Positions 19,596 to 27,881 of a DNA stretch of 35,054 nt are shown one piece after another (position 1 is the stretch's first letter; each line of letters begins with the position of its first letter). Under the pieces are notes generated by a model. The model searched no databases, had not been told where the DNA came from, and saw only the letters and a program-made list of their open reading frames with translations. The DNA lies in assembly GCA_944390335.1 (NCBI GenBank), contig CALXQA010000003.1, positions 1 through 35,054 of the forward strand, given 5' to 3'. Source of the DNA: an uncultured Clostridia bacterium (GTDB taxonomy: Bacteria > Bacillota > Clostridia > TANB77 > CAG-508). Made by a program: the position numbers and the translations under genes.

Positions 19596-21863
19596 CTACC
19601 TTCTTGAGAACTTCTTTTCTATATCATTTTTTGACATTTTTATTACTGTTGGTCTTCCATGTGGACATGTAAATGGGTTTGGAAGTTTAAGAAGTTGATT
19701 CATTAAACTATCTACTTCTTCTTTTGTTAATGCCATATGTGCTTTGACAGCTGCTTTACATGCTACTGTTGCTAAAAATTTATTTTCTAATTCTTGTTTT
19801 GCTGTTCTTGCTACTGTATTTATTTCATCAAGTGTTTCTAAAAATATTTCTTTTGTATCAAAGTCTAAACAGAATTCTGGTACTCCTGTTAATTTTACAG
19901 TATTATCACCGAATTCATCTACTACAAAACCTGCTCTATTAAACATTTCTTTATTATCTCTAAATATTCCCATTTCTCTTGTGCTTAAATTTATTATATC
20001 TGGAAGAAGCATTAATTGCGAATCTTTTTCTCCTTCACTATAATAATTGGCTTTTACTTTTTCATACATAATTCTTTCATGTGCAGCATGCTGGTCTAAT
20101 ATATATAAGTCTTCTCCAATTGTTAGAATAATATATGTTTTAAATGCTATTCCTATAAATTTATACTTAGGATTATTGTCTATTCCTTCTTGTTCAAACA
20201 TTGAAATTTCTTTGCCTGTTATTGGTGATATTGGATATTTATCTTCTTGTTTTTTTCTTTCTTCTTCATATTCTTTTTTGGCATCATTTATATCTCTTCC
20301 AAAAAGCCTTTTATACATTTCTTCAAATGTTTCTTCTTTTTCTTCTTCTTTTTTATCTACTTTATATTCATCATTATTTTCTTCTTTATTACCAGTCTCT
20401 TCTTCTTTTTGCACTTTATTTTCTATCTTTTCATCTGATACTTCTAAATCAGTATTATTCTCTTCTTTTTGTTCTATTTTTTCTATTTTTTCTATTGTTT
20501 CTTCTTTTTTCTCTTTATCATTTTTATTTTCTATATATGATTTAGTAATATCTGCAAGTTTTATACCTATTTCTTCTGGTGATTTTGTACCTGTTATTTC
20601 ATCTATAAATTTTTTTCTTGTTTCTGCATCTAATGTTGTAACTTGAGACTTGAATTCTTGAAATTCTGGTATTTTGTTTTCTTTCTTTTCTTCTATTTTT
20701 TCTATATTATCTGATTTTTCTGTAGTATTATCTTTTAAATTATCCTCATTTATATTCCATGAGTTAGAATTTACTTTTGTAGTAAATAAGTTTGAATTTA
20801 CATTCGCATTTATGCTTTTTAAAATATCATTTGGTGTCTCATTTTTATAGTCTTTATCTGAGTCTGGTACTAAGTCAAACTTTAATAAAGCTTGTTTTAT
20901 TGCATTATATACTGCTTTAAATACTTTTCCATCTTCTTGAAATCTAACTTCTAATTTTGTTGGATGTACATTTACATCTACTTTTTTTGGATCCATATCT
21001 ATATTTAATACTAAAAATCCATGTTTACCTATTGTCACTAAGCCTTTAAATCCTTGTTCTGCTGCACTTGTTAATGTTTTATCTTTTATATATCTTTTAT
21101 TTATAAAGAAAAGCTGGTTCGTTCTATTTGAACGTGCTATTGCAGGTTTTCCTATTACTCCTGTAACTTTCATATCTTCATAATCATAATCTACTGGAAG
21201 TATATTTTGTGCTATTTCTTTTCCATATATGCTATATATAACATCTGAAAGCCTTCCACTTCCAGTTGTTTGAATAGCTATTTTTCCTGTATTTACAAGT
21301 TTTATAGCAACTTCTGGGTTTGCTAATGCTATCCTTGTTACCATATCTTCTATATATCCTGACTCTGTAAAGTCTTTTTTCAAAAATTTATATCTTACTG
21401 GTGTATTATAAAATAACTCTCTAACTGTTATTGTTGTTCCCTTAGAACATCCTTCCTCACATTTATCTACTATATTTCCACCTTCTACTTCTATTTTATA
21501 TCCAATTTCACTATTTTCTGTTTTAGATACTAATTCTACTTTTGCAATTGCTCCAATACTTGCTAAAGCTTCTCCTCTAAACCCCATAGATTTTACTGTA
21601 TCTAAATCCTCTGCTTTTCTTATTTTACTAGTAGCATGTCTTTCAAATGCTATTTCCATATCATCTGGCATTATACCACTACCATCATCTGTTATTCTTA
21701 TGTATGATATACCTCCATTTTTTATTTCTACTGTTATATTTTTTGCACCTGCATCTATTGAGTTCTCTACTAATTCTTTTACTACAGATGCTGGTCTTTC
21801 TATAACTTCCCCCGCTGCTATTTGATTTATTGTTAAATCATCTAATAATACTATCTTTCCCAT
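19596..21863 (-). CDS. mutL: DNA mismatch repair endonuclease MutL
   Basis: IAAGEVIERPASVVKELVENSIDAGA, GFRGEAL, DQHAAHERIMYE, ACKAA, CPHGRP; long acidic linker. Confidence 0.97.
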   Translation of the reverse strand: MGKIVLLDDLTINQIAAGEVIERPASVVKELVENSIDAGAKNITVEIKNGGISYIRITDDGSGIMPDDMEIAFERHATSKIRKAEDLDTVKSMGFRGEALASIGAIAKVELVSKTENSEIGYKIEVEGGNIVDKCEEGCSKGTTITVRELFYNTPVRYKFLKKDFTESGYIEDMVTRIALANPEVAIKLVNTGKIAIQTTGSGRLSDVIYSIYGKEIAQNILPVDYDYEDMKVTGVIGKPAIARSNRTNQLFFINKRYIKDKTLTSAAEQGFKGLVTIGKHGFLVLNIDMDPKKVDVNVHPTKLEVRFQEDGKVFKAVYNAIKQALLKFDLVPDSDKDYKNETPNDILKSINANVNSNLFTTKVNSNSWNINEDNLKDNTTEKSDNIEKIEEKKENKIPEFQEFKSQVTTLDAETRKKFIDEITGTKSPEEIGIKLADITKSYIENKNDKEKKEETIEKIEKIEQKEENNTDLEVSDEKIENKVQKEEETGNKEENNDEYKVDKKEEEKEETFEEMYKRLFGRDINDAKKEYEEERKKQEDKYPISPITGKEISMFEQEGIDNNPKYKFIGIAFKTYIILTIGEDLYILDQHAAHERIMYEKVKANYYSEGEKDSQLMLLPDIINLSTREMGIFRDNKEMFNRAGFVVDEFGDNTVKLTGVPEFCLDFDTKEIFLETLDEINTVARTAKQELENKFLATVACKAAVKAHMALTKEEVDSLMNQLLKLPNPFTCPHGRPTVIKMSKNDIEKKFSRR

Positions 21864-22010
21864 CTTTTTCTCCTTATATTTGTTCTCTTTCTTGTAACTG
21901 AATTATATCATTTGTAAATATTTTTGTACAGTATCCGTAACCAATTTATTTAACTATGAATAGTATATACTATACAAAAGAAGTTAAATTCTTTATGAGG
22001 GAGGTTTAGT

Positions 22011-22136
22011 ATGAGAGGATGTGGATGTAACGGAGAAATATTATGGTTCATAATATTAATCTTATTACTTTGCTGCAACTGCGGTGGAAATAACTGCGGA
22101 TGTAGCTGCGGAAACGACAACAACTGTGGTTGCTAA
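22011..22136 (+). CDS. Cys/Gly-rich membrane micropeptide 1 (41 aa, 10 Cys)
   Basis: GGGAGG RBS; MRGCGCNGEILWFIILILLLCCNCGGNNCGCSCGNDNNCGC*; absent from the ORF track. Confidence 0.8.
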   Translation: MRGCGCNGEILWFIILILLLCCNCGGNNCGCSCGNDNNCGC

Positions 22137-22179
22137 TTAATGCTACTCATAAAGTAGTAAATAGAAAGGAGGATTTATT

Positions 22180-22290
22180 ATGCCAGATAAATGTGGATGC
22201 GGATTTGGAAGAGATAATGACTGCTGCTTCTTAATAATATTCTTAATATTAATATTCTGCTGCTGTGGTGGAAATAAAGGATGCTGCTAA
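22180..22290 (+). CDS. Cys/Gly-rich membrane micropeptide 2 (36 aa, 9 Cys)
   Basis: AAAGGAGG RBS; MPDKCGCGFGRDNDCCFLIIFLILIFCCCGGNKGCC*; same architecture as peptide 1. Confidence 0.8.
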   Translation: MPDKCGCGFGRDNDCCFLIIFLILIFCCCGGNKGCC

Positions 22291-22320
22291 TTTCAATTGT
22301 TTCATAAGATCTTCAAACAT

Positions 22321-22346
22321 AAAAGTACCTATAAAAAGGTACTTTT
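22321..22346. terminator. Terminator after the micropeptide pair
   Basis: aaaagtacct / aggtactttt stem. Confidence 0.7.
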
Positions 22347-22360
22347 CTTGCGCTATAGCA

Positions 22361-22406
22361 CTAATGTGGGGGAACAAAATTTTACTTTTGCGCCCCCACA
22401 TATTAG
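22361..22406. repeat. GC-rich stem-loop
   Basis: ctaatgtggggg…cccccacatattag imperfect inverted repeat. Confidence 0.5.
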
Positions 22407-22610
22407 TTACAGATTAAGCTTCCTCGTAGGTGTTTTTTTACGCATTTTTCCATCATTTGCTAATATTTTCAACTGTACGATATTTTCATACAGTTGGCTA
22501 CATTCTTCAGTTAGCTTTCTTTTTAAATCTAACCAATATCTTTTTGGTATTTTACTATCCGTTAATACACTAATTACATCAACTACACTAAAAAAATATT
22601 CTGAGTATCG
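22407..22610 (-). pseudogene. Bro-N/antirepressor-like gene fragment
   Basis: EYFFSVVDVISVLTDSKIPKRYWLDLKRKLTEECSQLYENIVQLKILANDGKMR; in-frame TGA upstream, no start, truncated. Confidence 0.7.
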
Positions 22611-22637
22611 TCAATTTTATAATTTTTTCAATTGCTC

Positions 22638-23102
22638 TTATATATGCTTTAAATATGATATATTCTTTACATTAAAACCTAATTTTTCATATAGTTTTAT
22701 TGCATTTATATTTTCTTCATTTACTGTAAGATACATATCTGTACAACTATTTTCTTTAGCAATATTTTCTATGAATTCTAAAAGCAATGTACCTATTCCT
22801 TTATCTCTATTTTTTTCATCAACACATATAGCTTCGATACACAATTGCTTTCTGTACTTCATATTTGCATTTTTTACTTCTTTTATTTTAAATGTAATAT
22901 ATCCTAATATTTCATCTTGTTTTTTTGCTATAAATATTTCTTTACTATCTATTAAATTCTTAAAATCAATTTTACTAAAAACTTCATTTGTACTTAAAAA
23001 TATATCTGGTCTCCAGTTAACATGTATGTCATGTACTTGTTTTGCAAGTTCGTTTATTCTAGTAAAATCATCTATTTTTGGTATTTCTATTGTTATTTCC
23101 AT
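22638..23102 (-). CDS. GNAT family N-acetyltransferase
   Basis: ICVDEKNRDKGIGTLL acetyl-CoA motif; NENAIKLYEKLGF-like motif B. Confidence 0.88.
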   Translation of the reverse strand: MEITIEIPKIDDFTRINELAKQVHDIHVNWRPDIFLSTNEVFSKIDFKNLIDSKEIFIAKKQDEILGYITFKIKEVKNANMKYRKQLCIEAICVDEKNRDKGIGTLLLEFIENIAKENSCTDMYLTVNEENINAIKLYEKLGFNVKNISYLKHI

Positions 23103-23112
23103 CTTTTCCCCC

Positions 23113-23676
23113 CTATAAATTAAATCTTTCTTTTATACTTTTAGCTACTTCTTTTGGCTCTATTCTTTCATTATTTATTTTTATATATTTATCAAATATA
23201 TTCTTAGCTTCTCCTGGTTCTGAATTAAGTTTGTGCACTATATTTGACCTTAGTAAATCATTCTCACTCCATATTAAATCTCTTTTAGATGGTTTACACT
23301 TTAATCTATTTTCTGTTTTATTCCTTTTTAATCTTTCTTCAACAGATGCTTCTAATTCTACTACATAAGCATCATCAAAAAGTTCTATCCATTTGTATGC
23401 TTCTAATTTATCTTTTTCTAAATCTTTTCCAAAGTCAAAACAAATAGTAACTATAATTCCTTTTTCATTACTTTTTGAAAATTCTTTCAACACTTCATAT
23501 CTAATAATACTATTCATTTTTTTATATATTTCTTTATCATAGTCAAATATTAGTCTACACATTTCTATTGTCATATGATTGTATAACAACTTATATCCTG
23601 TTAACTTTTCTAATTCTTGGCCCACTGTCATTTTTCCAACTGCTTGTGGACCTATTATTAATACTAATTTTGGCAT
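23113..23676 (-). CDS. P-loop kinase / AAA family protein (shikimate-kinase-like)
   Basis: IIGPQAVGKMTVGQEL Walker A; ELEASVEERLKRNKTENRL. Confidence 0.8.
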   Translation of the reverse strand: MPKLVLIIGPQAVGKMTVGQELEKLTGYKLLYNHMTIEMCRLIFDYDKEIYKKMNSIIRYEVLKEFSKSNEKGIIVTICFDFGKDLEKDKLEAYKWIELFDDAYVVELEASVEERLKRNKTENRLKCKPSKRDLIWSENDLLRSNIVHKLNSEPGEAKNIFDKYIKINNERIEPKEVAKSIKERFNL

Positions 23677-23694
23677 TTCAACATCTCCTTATAC

Positions 23695-23738
23695 AAAAAG
23701 CCTTACAAAGAAATCCTTTAAGACTCCTTTGTAAGACT
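23695..23738 (-). terminator. Leader (attenuator-type) terminator just upstream of the kinase RBS
   Basis: Minus strand AGTCTTACAAAGGA…TTCTTTGTAAGGCT-TTTT, 14-bp stem with G-U pairs. Confidence 0.65.
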
Positions 23739-23832
23739 CTATTTATCTTACTTTAAGTGTAAGTATATCTATATACTCTTTACTGCTCAAGTATTTTATT
23801 ATTACTCTAAGTAAACTCTTAAATATATTTTT

Positions 23833-23861
23833 ATTATATCTCAATTAACAATTATTGTCAA
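23833..23861 (-). promoter_or_regulatory. Consensus sigma-A promoter for kinase-GNAT
   Basis: TTGACA-17 nt-TATAAT, perfect match. Confidence 0.8.
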
Positions 23862-23879
23862 GATTATTATTTTTTTAAT

Positions 23880-24200
23880 TTATGCTACCTTAATTCCTGT
23901 ATCTATAATTTCTTTTACAAAAGGACTAGAAACATTTTCATAATCTTCCAATTTTATTGGGTGTGGTTCAATTCTAGTATCTATTTTCCATGTCATACCA
24001 ATTAGCCTCGCACCATCTTCAATAATATCATTAAAATCACTTGAAATAATTGCTATATCTATATCACTATTCTCATTTTCCATTCCTTTTGCATAAGAAC
24101 CGAACAATACAATTGCTTCAATATTATAATACTTACTTATTTTTTCTACATATTTTTTTATTGACTTCATTATTCTTTCATCAATATTTCTTTTAGCCAC
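23880..24200 (-). CDS. Minimal nucleotidyltransferase (MNT), putative antitoxin
   Basis: LFGSYAKG…SDIDIAIIS motif; GTG start overlapping the HEPN gene. Confidence 0.88.
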   Translation of the reverse strand: MAKRNIDERIMKSIKKYVEKISKYYNIEAIVLFGSYAKGMENENSDIDIAIISSDFNDIIEDGARLIGMTWKIDTRIEPHPIKLEDYENVSSPFVKEIIDTGIKVA

Positions 24201-24571
24201 TTTCTTACCTCCTCAATATTTTTAACTTGTTTTGATGTATATTCATCTGTACATTTTTTTCTAAAACTTTCCTTATAATCATCATATCTTGCACTTATAT
24301 TAAATTGAGTAATTATCTGTAGTTTTTCAATTTCTCCATCTGTTAAGTCTAATTTACATTTCTCAGCCAAAACTAATAAATTATGAGATTTTACTGTATA
24401 TGGATTTTCTTTATTTTTCTTTGCATATAATCCTTTTAATAATTTTTCTATTACTAAGTGCCCTAGAAATAAAGTCCATGTATTCTTTTTATTTTTATAC
24501 ATTACTTTCATTGCATCAAAATCTTCATCGCTGCTATTTATCCAGTATTGCATCAATTTTATATTATCCAT
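24170..24571 (-). CDS. HEPN domain protein, putative toxin
   Basis: LFLGHLVIEKLLKG, SHNLLVLA, ARYDDY; coupled to MNT. Confidence 0.85.
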   Translation of the reverse strand: MDNIKLMQYWINSSDEDFDAMKVMYKNKKNTWTLFLGHLVIEKLLKGLYAKKNKENPYTVKSHNLLVLAEKCKLDLTDGEIEKLQIITQFNISARYDDYKESFRKKCTDEYTSKQVKNIEEVRKWLKEILMKE

Positions 24572-24619
24572 TTTTTATTCCTTTCACTCAAGCTTTCTAT
24601 TTTATTTATTAATAAAAAT

Positions 24620-24661
24620 AAAAACACTACATTACATTTTAGAATGACAATATAGTGTTTT
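24620..24661 (-). terminator. Probable terminator after the tRNA pair
   Basis: aaaacacta / tagtgtttt inverted repeat with a long loop. Confidence 0.4.
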
Positions 24662-24683
24662 CTGTATTTTTTCTATTATATTA

Positions 24684-24758
24684 TGGTTGGGCTAGCTAGA
24701 TTCGAACTAGCGCATGTTAGAGTCAAAGTCTAATGCCTTACCGCTTGGCTATAGCCCA
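24684..24758 (-). tRNA. tRNA-Gln(TTG)
   Basis: TGGGCTA/TAGCCCA acceptor stem, TTAGA-CT-TTG-AC-TCTAA anticodon arm, TTCGAAT T-loop, encoded CCA. Confidence 0.95.
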
Positions 24759-24765
24759 ATATATA

Positions 24766-24843
24766 TGGGGTGGAATATGGGACTCGAACCCATGGTCTCC
24801 AGTGCCACAAACTGGCGCGTTAACCAACTACGCTAAATCCACC
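24766..24843 (-). tRNA. tRNA-His(GTG)
   Basis: G-1/C73, CCAGT-TT-GTG-GC-ACTGG anticodon arm, TTCGAGT T-loop, encoded CCA. Confidence 0.95.
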
Positions 24844-24868
24844 ATTACTTTAAGCAAATGCAATATAT

Positions 24869-24897
24869 ATTCTACCCCATTTTTTCAATATTGTCAA
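24869..24897 (-). promoter_or_regulatory. Sigma-A promoter for tRNA-His/tRNA-Gln
   Basis: TTGACA-17 nt-TAGAAT. Confidence 0.8.
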
Positions 24898-24923
24898 CCT
24901 TATTTAAATTTTTTTATAATTTA

Positions 24924-25604
24924 TTAATCTTCTCTTGCCCAAATTACCAATCTGTAACTTGTATCATCTGTACAAGTAGATAAAGAAATCTCTCTTTTTC
25001 CTGCTGTATCTCTAGTTATATAATCTGCGTCATCTGATGAGGTTTGATATATATTATATATTGTATATTTTACTCTATTTCCTGTAGAATCTGTAATATA
25101 TACTAAATCTCCATTTTTTAATTCTTCATTTCTTGAGAAAAATGTTCCATTTCTATAATTATGTCCAACTAATACAGTATTACCTACTTGATTTAAACCA
25201 GGTCCTGCAAGTATTCCAATAGATGCTTCTAGTGATGATTTTGTTGCTCTTTCTAATATTGGATATTCTAAGTCAATTGCTGGTATTTCTATTGTTCCCA
25301 TTACAGTAAACCCTTTATATGTTACAACTTTATTACTATTACCGCTTCCACCAGTATTACTTACAACATTTCCACCAACTACATTAAATTCAATTGCATT
25401 ACTTCCAGTAAATTCATTTCTTGCGGTGTTAGTATTATTTTGTATTACCTGATTATTAAATTCATTTAAAGCTTGATCAATTTCATGTCTTTGATAATAT
25501 TTTCTATATGTGTCATAACCCCAAAAACCTAATAGCACAAATATTATTGCAACTACTATTATAAATACAATTGTTAATACCTTATTATATTTTTTATTTG
25601 TCAT
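24924..25604 (-). CDS. Sortase
   Basis: N-terminal TM; IEIPAI, GHNY (His), LSTC (Cys), RLVI (Arg) catalytic triad. Confidence 0.9.
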   Translation of the reverse strand: MTNKKYNKVLTIVFIIVVAIIFVLLGFWGYDTYRKYYQRHEIDQALNEFNNQVIQNNTNTARNEFTGSNAIEFNVVGGNVVSNTGGSGNSNKVVTYKGFTVMGTIEIPAIDLEYPILERATKSSLEASIGILAGPGLNQVGNTVLVGHNYRNGTFFSRNEELKNGDLVYITDSTGNRVKYTIYNIYQTSSDDADYITRDTAGKREISLSTCTDDTSYRLVIWARED

Positions 25605-25686
25605 ATTTTCTCCCTTTCATTTTTAATTAATCACTATATATATTATATCATAATTTAAGCAATTAATCTAGTCCTTATCTTAAGTT

Positions 25687-26025
25687 TTATCTAGTAGGCA
25701 ATTTTTCACCACCTAATATATGAAAATGAAGATGTTTTACAGCTTGCCCACTATCTTCTCCTACATTTGAAATTACCCTAAATCCTGTTTTAGCAACTCC
25801 AACTATTTCAGCAATTTCATTTATTTTATTAAAAATGTGAAATAGTAAATCCTTGTCCTCTTCTTTTAACTCTAATAAACTTGTTATATGTTTTTTGGGT
25901 ATAACTAAAACATGAACTTTCGCAATTGGATTTATATCATAAAAAGCTAATATATCATCATCTTCATATACCTTTTTTGAAGGTATATCTCCTTTTATTA
26001 TTTTACAAAATACACAATCTTCCAT
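25687..26025 (-). CDS. Histidine triad (HIT) nucleotide-binding protein
   Basis: CVFCKII, HVLVIPKKH, HLHFHILGG. Confidence 0.95.
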   Translation of the reverse strand: MEDCVFCKIIKGDIPSKKVYEDDDILAFYDINPIAKVHVLVIPKKHITSLLELKEEDKDLLFHIFNKINEIAEIVGVAKTGFRVISNVGEDSGQAVKHLHFHILGGEKLPTR

Positions 26026-27783
26026 TTACTTTTCCTCCAATATTGCTTTTATTCTTCTTACGCCTTGAGAGCTAGCCTCTTCTTTCACAATCTTAAAATG
26101 CCCTAGTTCTTTTGTATGTTTTACATGAGGTCCACCACAAAGTTCTTTTGAGACATCTCCTATTGTATATACTGTAACTTCATCTGGATATTTCTCAATA
26201 AACATACATTCTGCCCCTGATTTTATTGCATCTTCTTTTTTCATTTTTTCTACTTTAACATCTAAATCTTCATCAATCCATTTATTTACTAAATCTTCTA
26301 TTTTCTTTTTTTCTTCATCAGTTAATTTATGGTCACAATTAAAATCAAACCTCATTCTTTCAGAAGTAATATTAGAACCTCTTTGATGTGAATCTTTCCC
26401 TATAACTTCTTTTAGTGCAGCATTTAAAAGATGTGTTGCTGTATGATATGCTATTGTTTTTTCATTTTGTTCTGCTAATCCACCTTTAAATTTATGTTCA
26501 CTACCCATTCTAGATTTTTCTTGATGTTCTTTAAATAATTTATCAACTTCATCTAAATTAACTTCAAATCCATTTTCTATTGCTAAATCTTTAGTTACTT
26601 CTGGAGGAAATCCATAAGTTTCGTATAGATTAAATATTGTTTTACTATCAACTTTATTTATATTTTTCTCTTTTAATCTAGTTATAACTTTATTGAACTC
26701 TCTTTCTCCATTATTTAAAGTTTTCATAAACTTATCTTTTTCTGTTACTATTACTTCTTTAATAACTTCTCTATTTTTTTGTAATTCAGGATATAGCTTT
26801 TCTAAAGTATCTATATTTAAATCTATAAGTTCTGGTAATTTATTTAAATCTATTTCAAGTTTATTTAAGTGCCTTGTCATTCTTCTAATTAGTCTTCTTA
26901 AAATATATCCTCTGTCAATATTAGATGGCCTTCCTCCATCTGATACAATCATTATGCTTGCGCGCAGATGTTCTGCAACTATTCTTCTACTTGATATATC
27001 GTCATTTTTTGCAAGTTCTTTTAGTTTATCCATTACTGGTTTAAAAATTTCTGTATCAAATGGTGTTTCTTTATTTTGAAGAAGCATTGCCATTCTTTCT
27101 AATCCTAGACCAGTATCAACATTTTTTTGTTCTAATTTAGTATATTTTCCATCTTTTTTATAGTATTCCATAAATACATTGTTCCAAATCTCAACATACT
27201 TACCGCAATCACATGAAGGTTGACAATCTTCAGAACATTTTGGCTTTCCTGTATCATAAAACATTTCTGTATCTGGTCCACAAGGTCCTTCTTCTCCAGC
27301 TATCCACCAGTTATCTTCTTTTCCATAAAAATATATTCTTTCTTTTGGTATTCCAGATTTTTCCCAAGCTTCAGCAGTTTCTACATCTTTTGGGCAATCC
27401 TCATCACCTTTAAAACATGTTACTGATATTTTTTCAGAAGGTATTCCTAACTCTTTAGTCAAAAATTCATAACTCATTTTTATAGATTCTTGTTTAAAGT
27501 AATCTCCTAAAGACCAATTTCCAAGCATTTCAAAATATGTCAAATGTCTATTATCTCCAACTTCATCTATATCATTAGTTCTTAAGCATTTTTGATAATC
27601 TGTTAATCTCTTTCCTTCTGGATGTTTTTGTCCTAAAAGGTATGGAACTAATGGTTGCATTCCAGCTGTAGTAAAGAGTACAGATGGATCATTTTCTGGA
27701 ATTAATGGTGCACTTGGAATTATTTTATGTCCATTTTTTTCAAAAAATTTTAAATATTTATTTCTTATATCTATTGCTTTCAT
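26026..27783 (-). CDS. alaS: Alanine--tRNA ligase, short form (585 aa)
   Basis: LFTTAGMQP, FEMLGNWSLGDYFK, GPCGPDTE, DTGLGLER, GYILRRLIRR; editing motifs HTATH and CGGPH; ends at GVRRIKA. Confidence 0.95.
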   Translation of the reverse strand: MKAIDIRNKYLKFFEKNGHKIIPSAPLIPENDPSVLFTTAGMQPLVPYLLGQKHPEGKRLTDYQKCLRTNDIDEVGDNRHLTYFEMLGNWSLGDYFKQESIKMSYEFLTKELGIPSEKISVTCFKGDEDCPKDVETAEAWEKSGIPKERIYFYGKEDNWWIAGEEGPCGPDTEMFYDTGKPKCSEDCQPSCDCGKYVEIWNNVFMEYYKKDGKYTKLEQKNVDTGLGLERMAMLLQNKETPFDTEIFKPVMDKLKELAKNDDISSRRIVAEHLRASIMIVSDGGRPSNIDRGYILRRLIRRMTRHLNKLEIDLNKLPELIDLNIDTLEKLYPELQKNREVIKEVIVTEKDKFMKTLNNGEREFNKVITRLKEKNINKVDSKTIFNLYETYGFPPEVTKDLAIENGFEVNLDEVDKLFKEHQEKSRMGSEHKFKGGLAEQNEKTIAYHTATHLLNAALKEVIGKDSHQRGSNITSERMRFDFNCDHKLTDEEKKKIEDLVNKWIDEDLDVKVEKMKKEDAIKSGAECMFIEKYPDEVTVYTIGDVSKELCGGPHVKHTKELGHFKIVKEEASSQGVRRIKAILEEK

Positions 27784-27881
27784 TTTATCAGTCCTTTTCT
27801 TTTATATTTTTTCACATTTTTTTAGTATTATACCATATATTTCTAAAATGTAAACTATATTTATTATTCTAATTTATATAT

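Noticed and set aside
20047-20646. Several plus-strand Phe/Ser/Leu-rich ORFs
   Set aside because: Reverse complement of the Glu/Lys-rich MutL linker; likewise the other short antisense ORFs in the track, such as 10148-10483, 7528-7923, 26693-27079 and 29848-30246
22297-23118. 273-aa plus-strand ORF
   Set aside because: Antisense shadow of the GNAT gene and Bro-N remnant; no RBS; Phe/Ile/Ser-rich composition typical of reverse frames
24733-24927. 64-aa plus-strand ORF
   Set aside because: Antisense to the two tRNA genes
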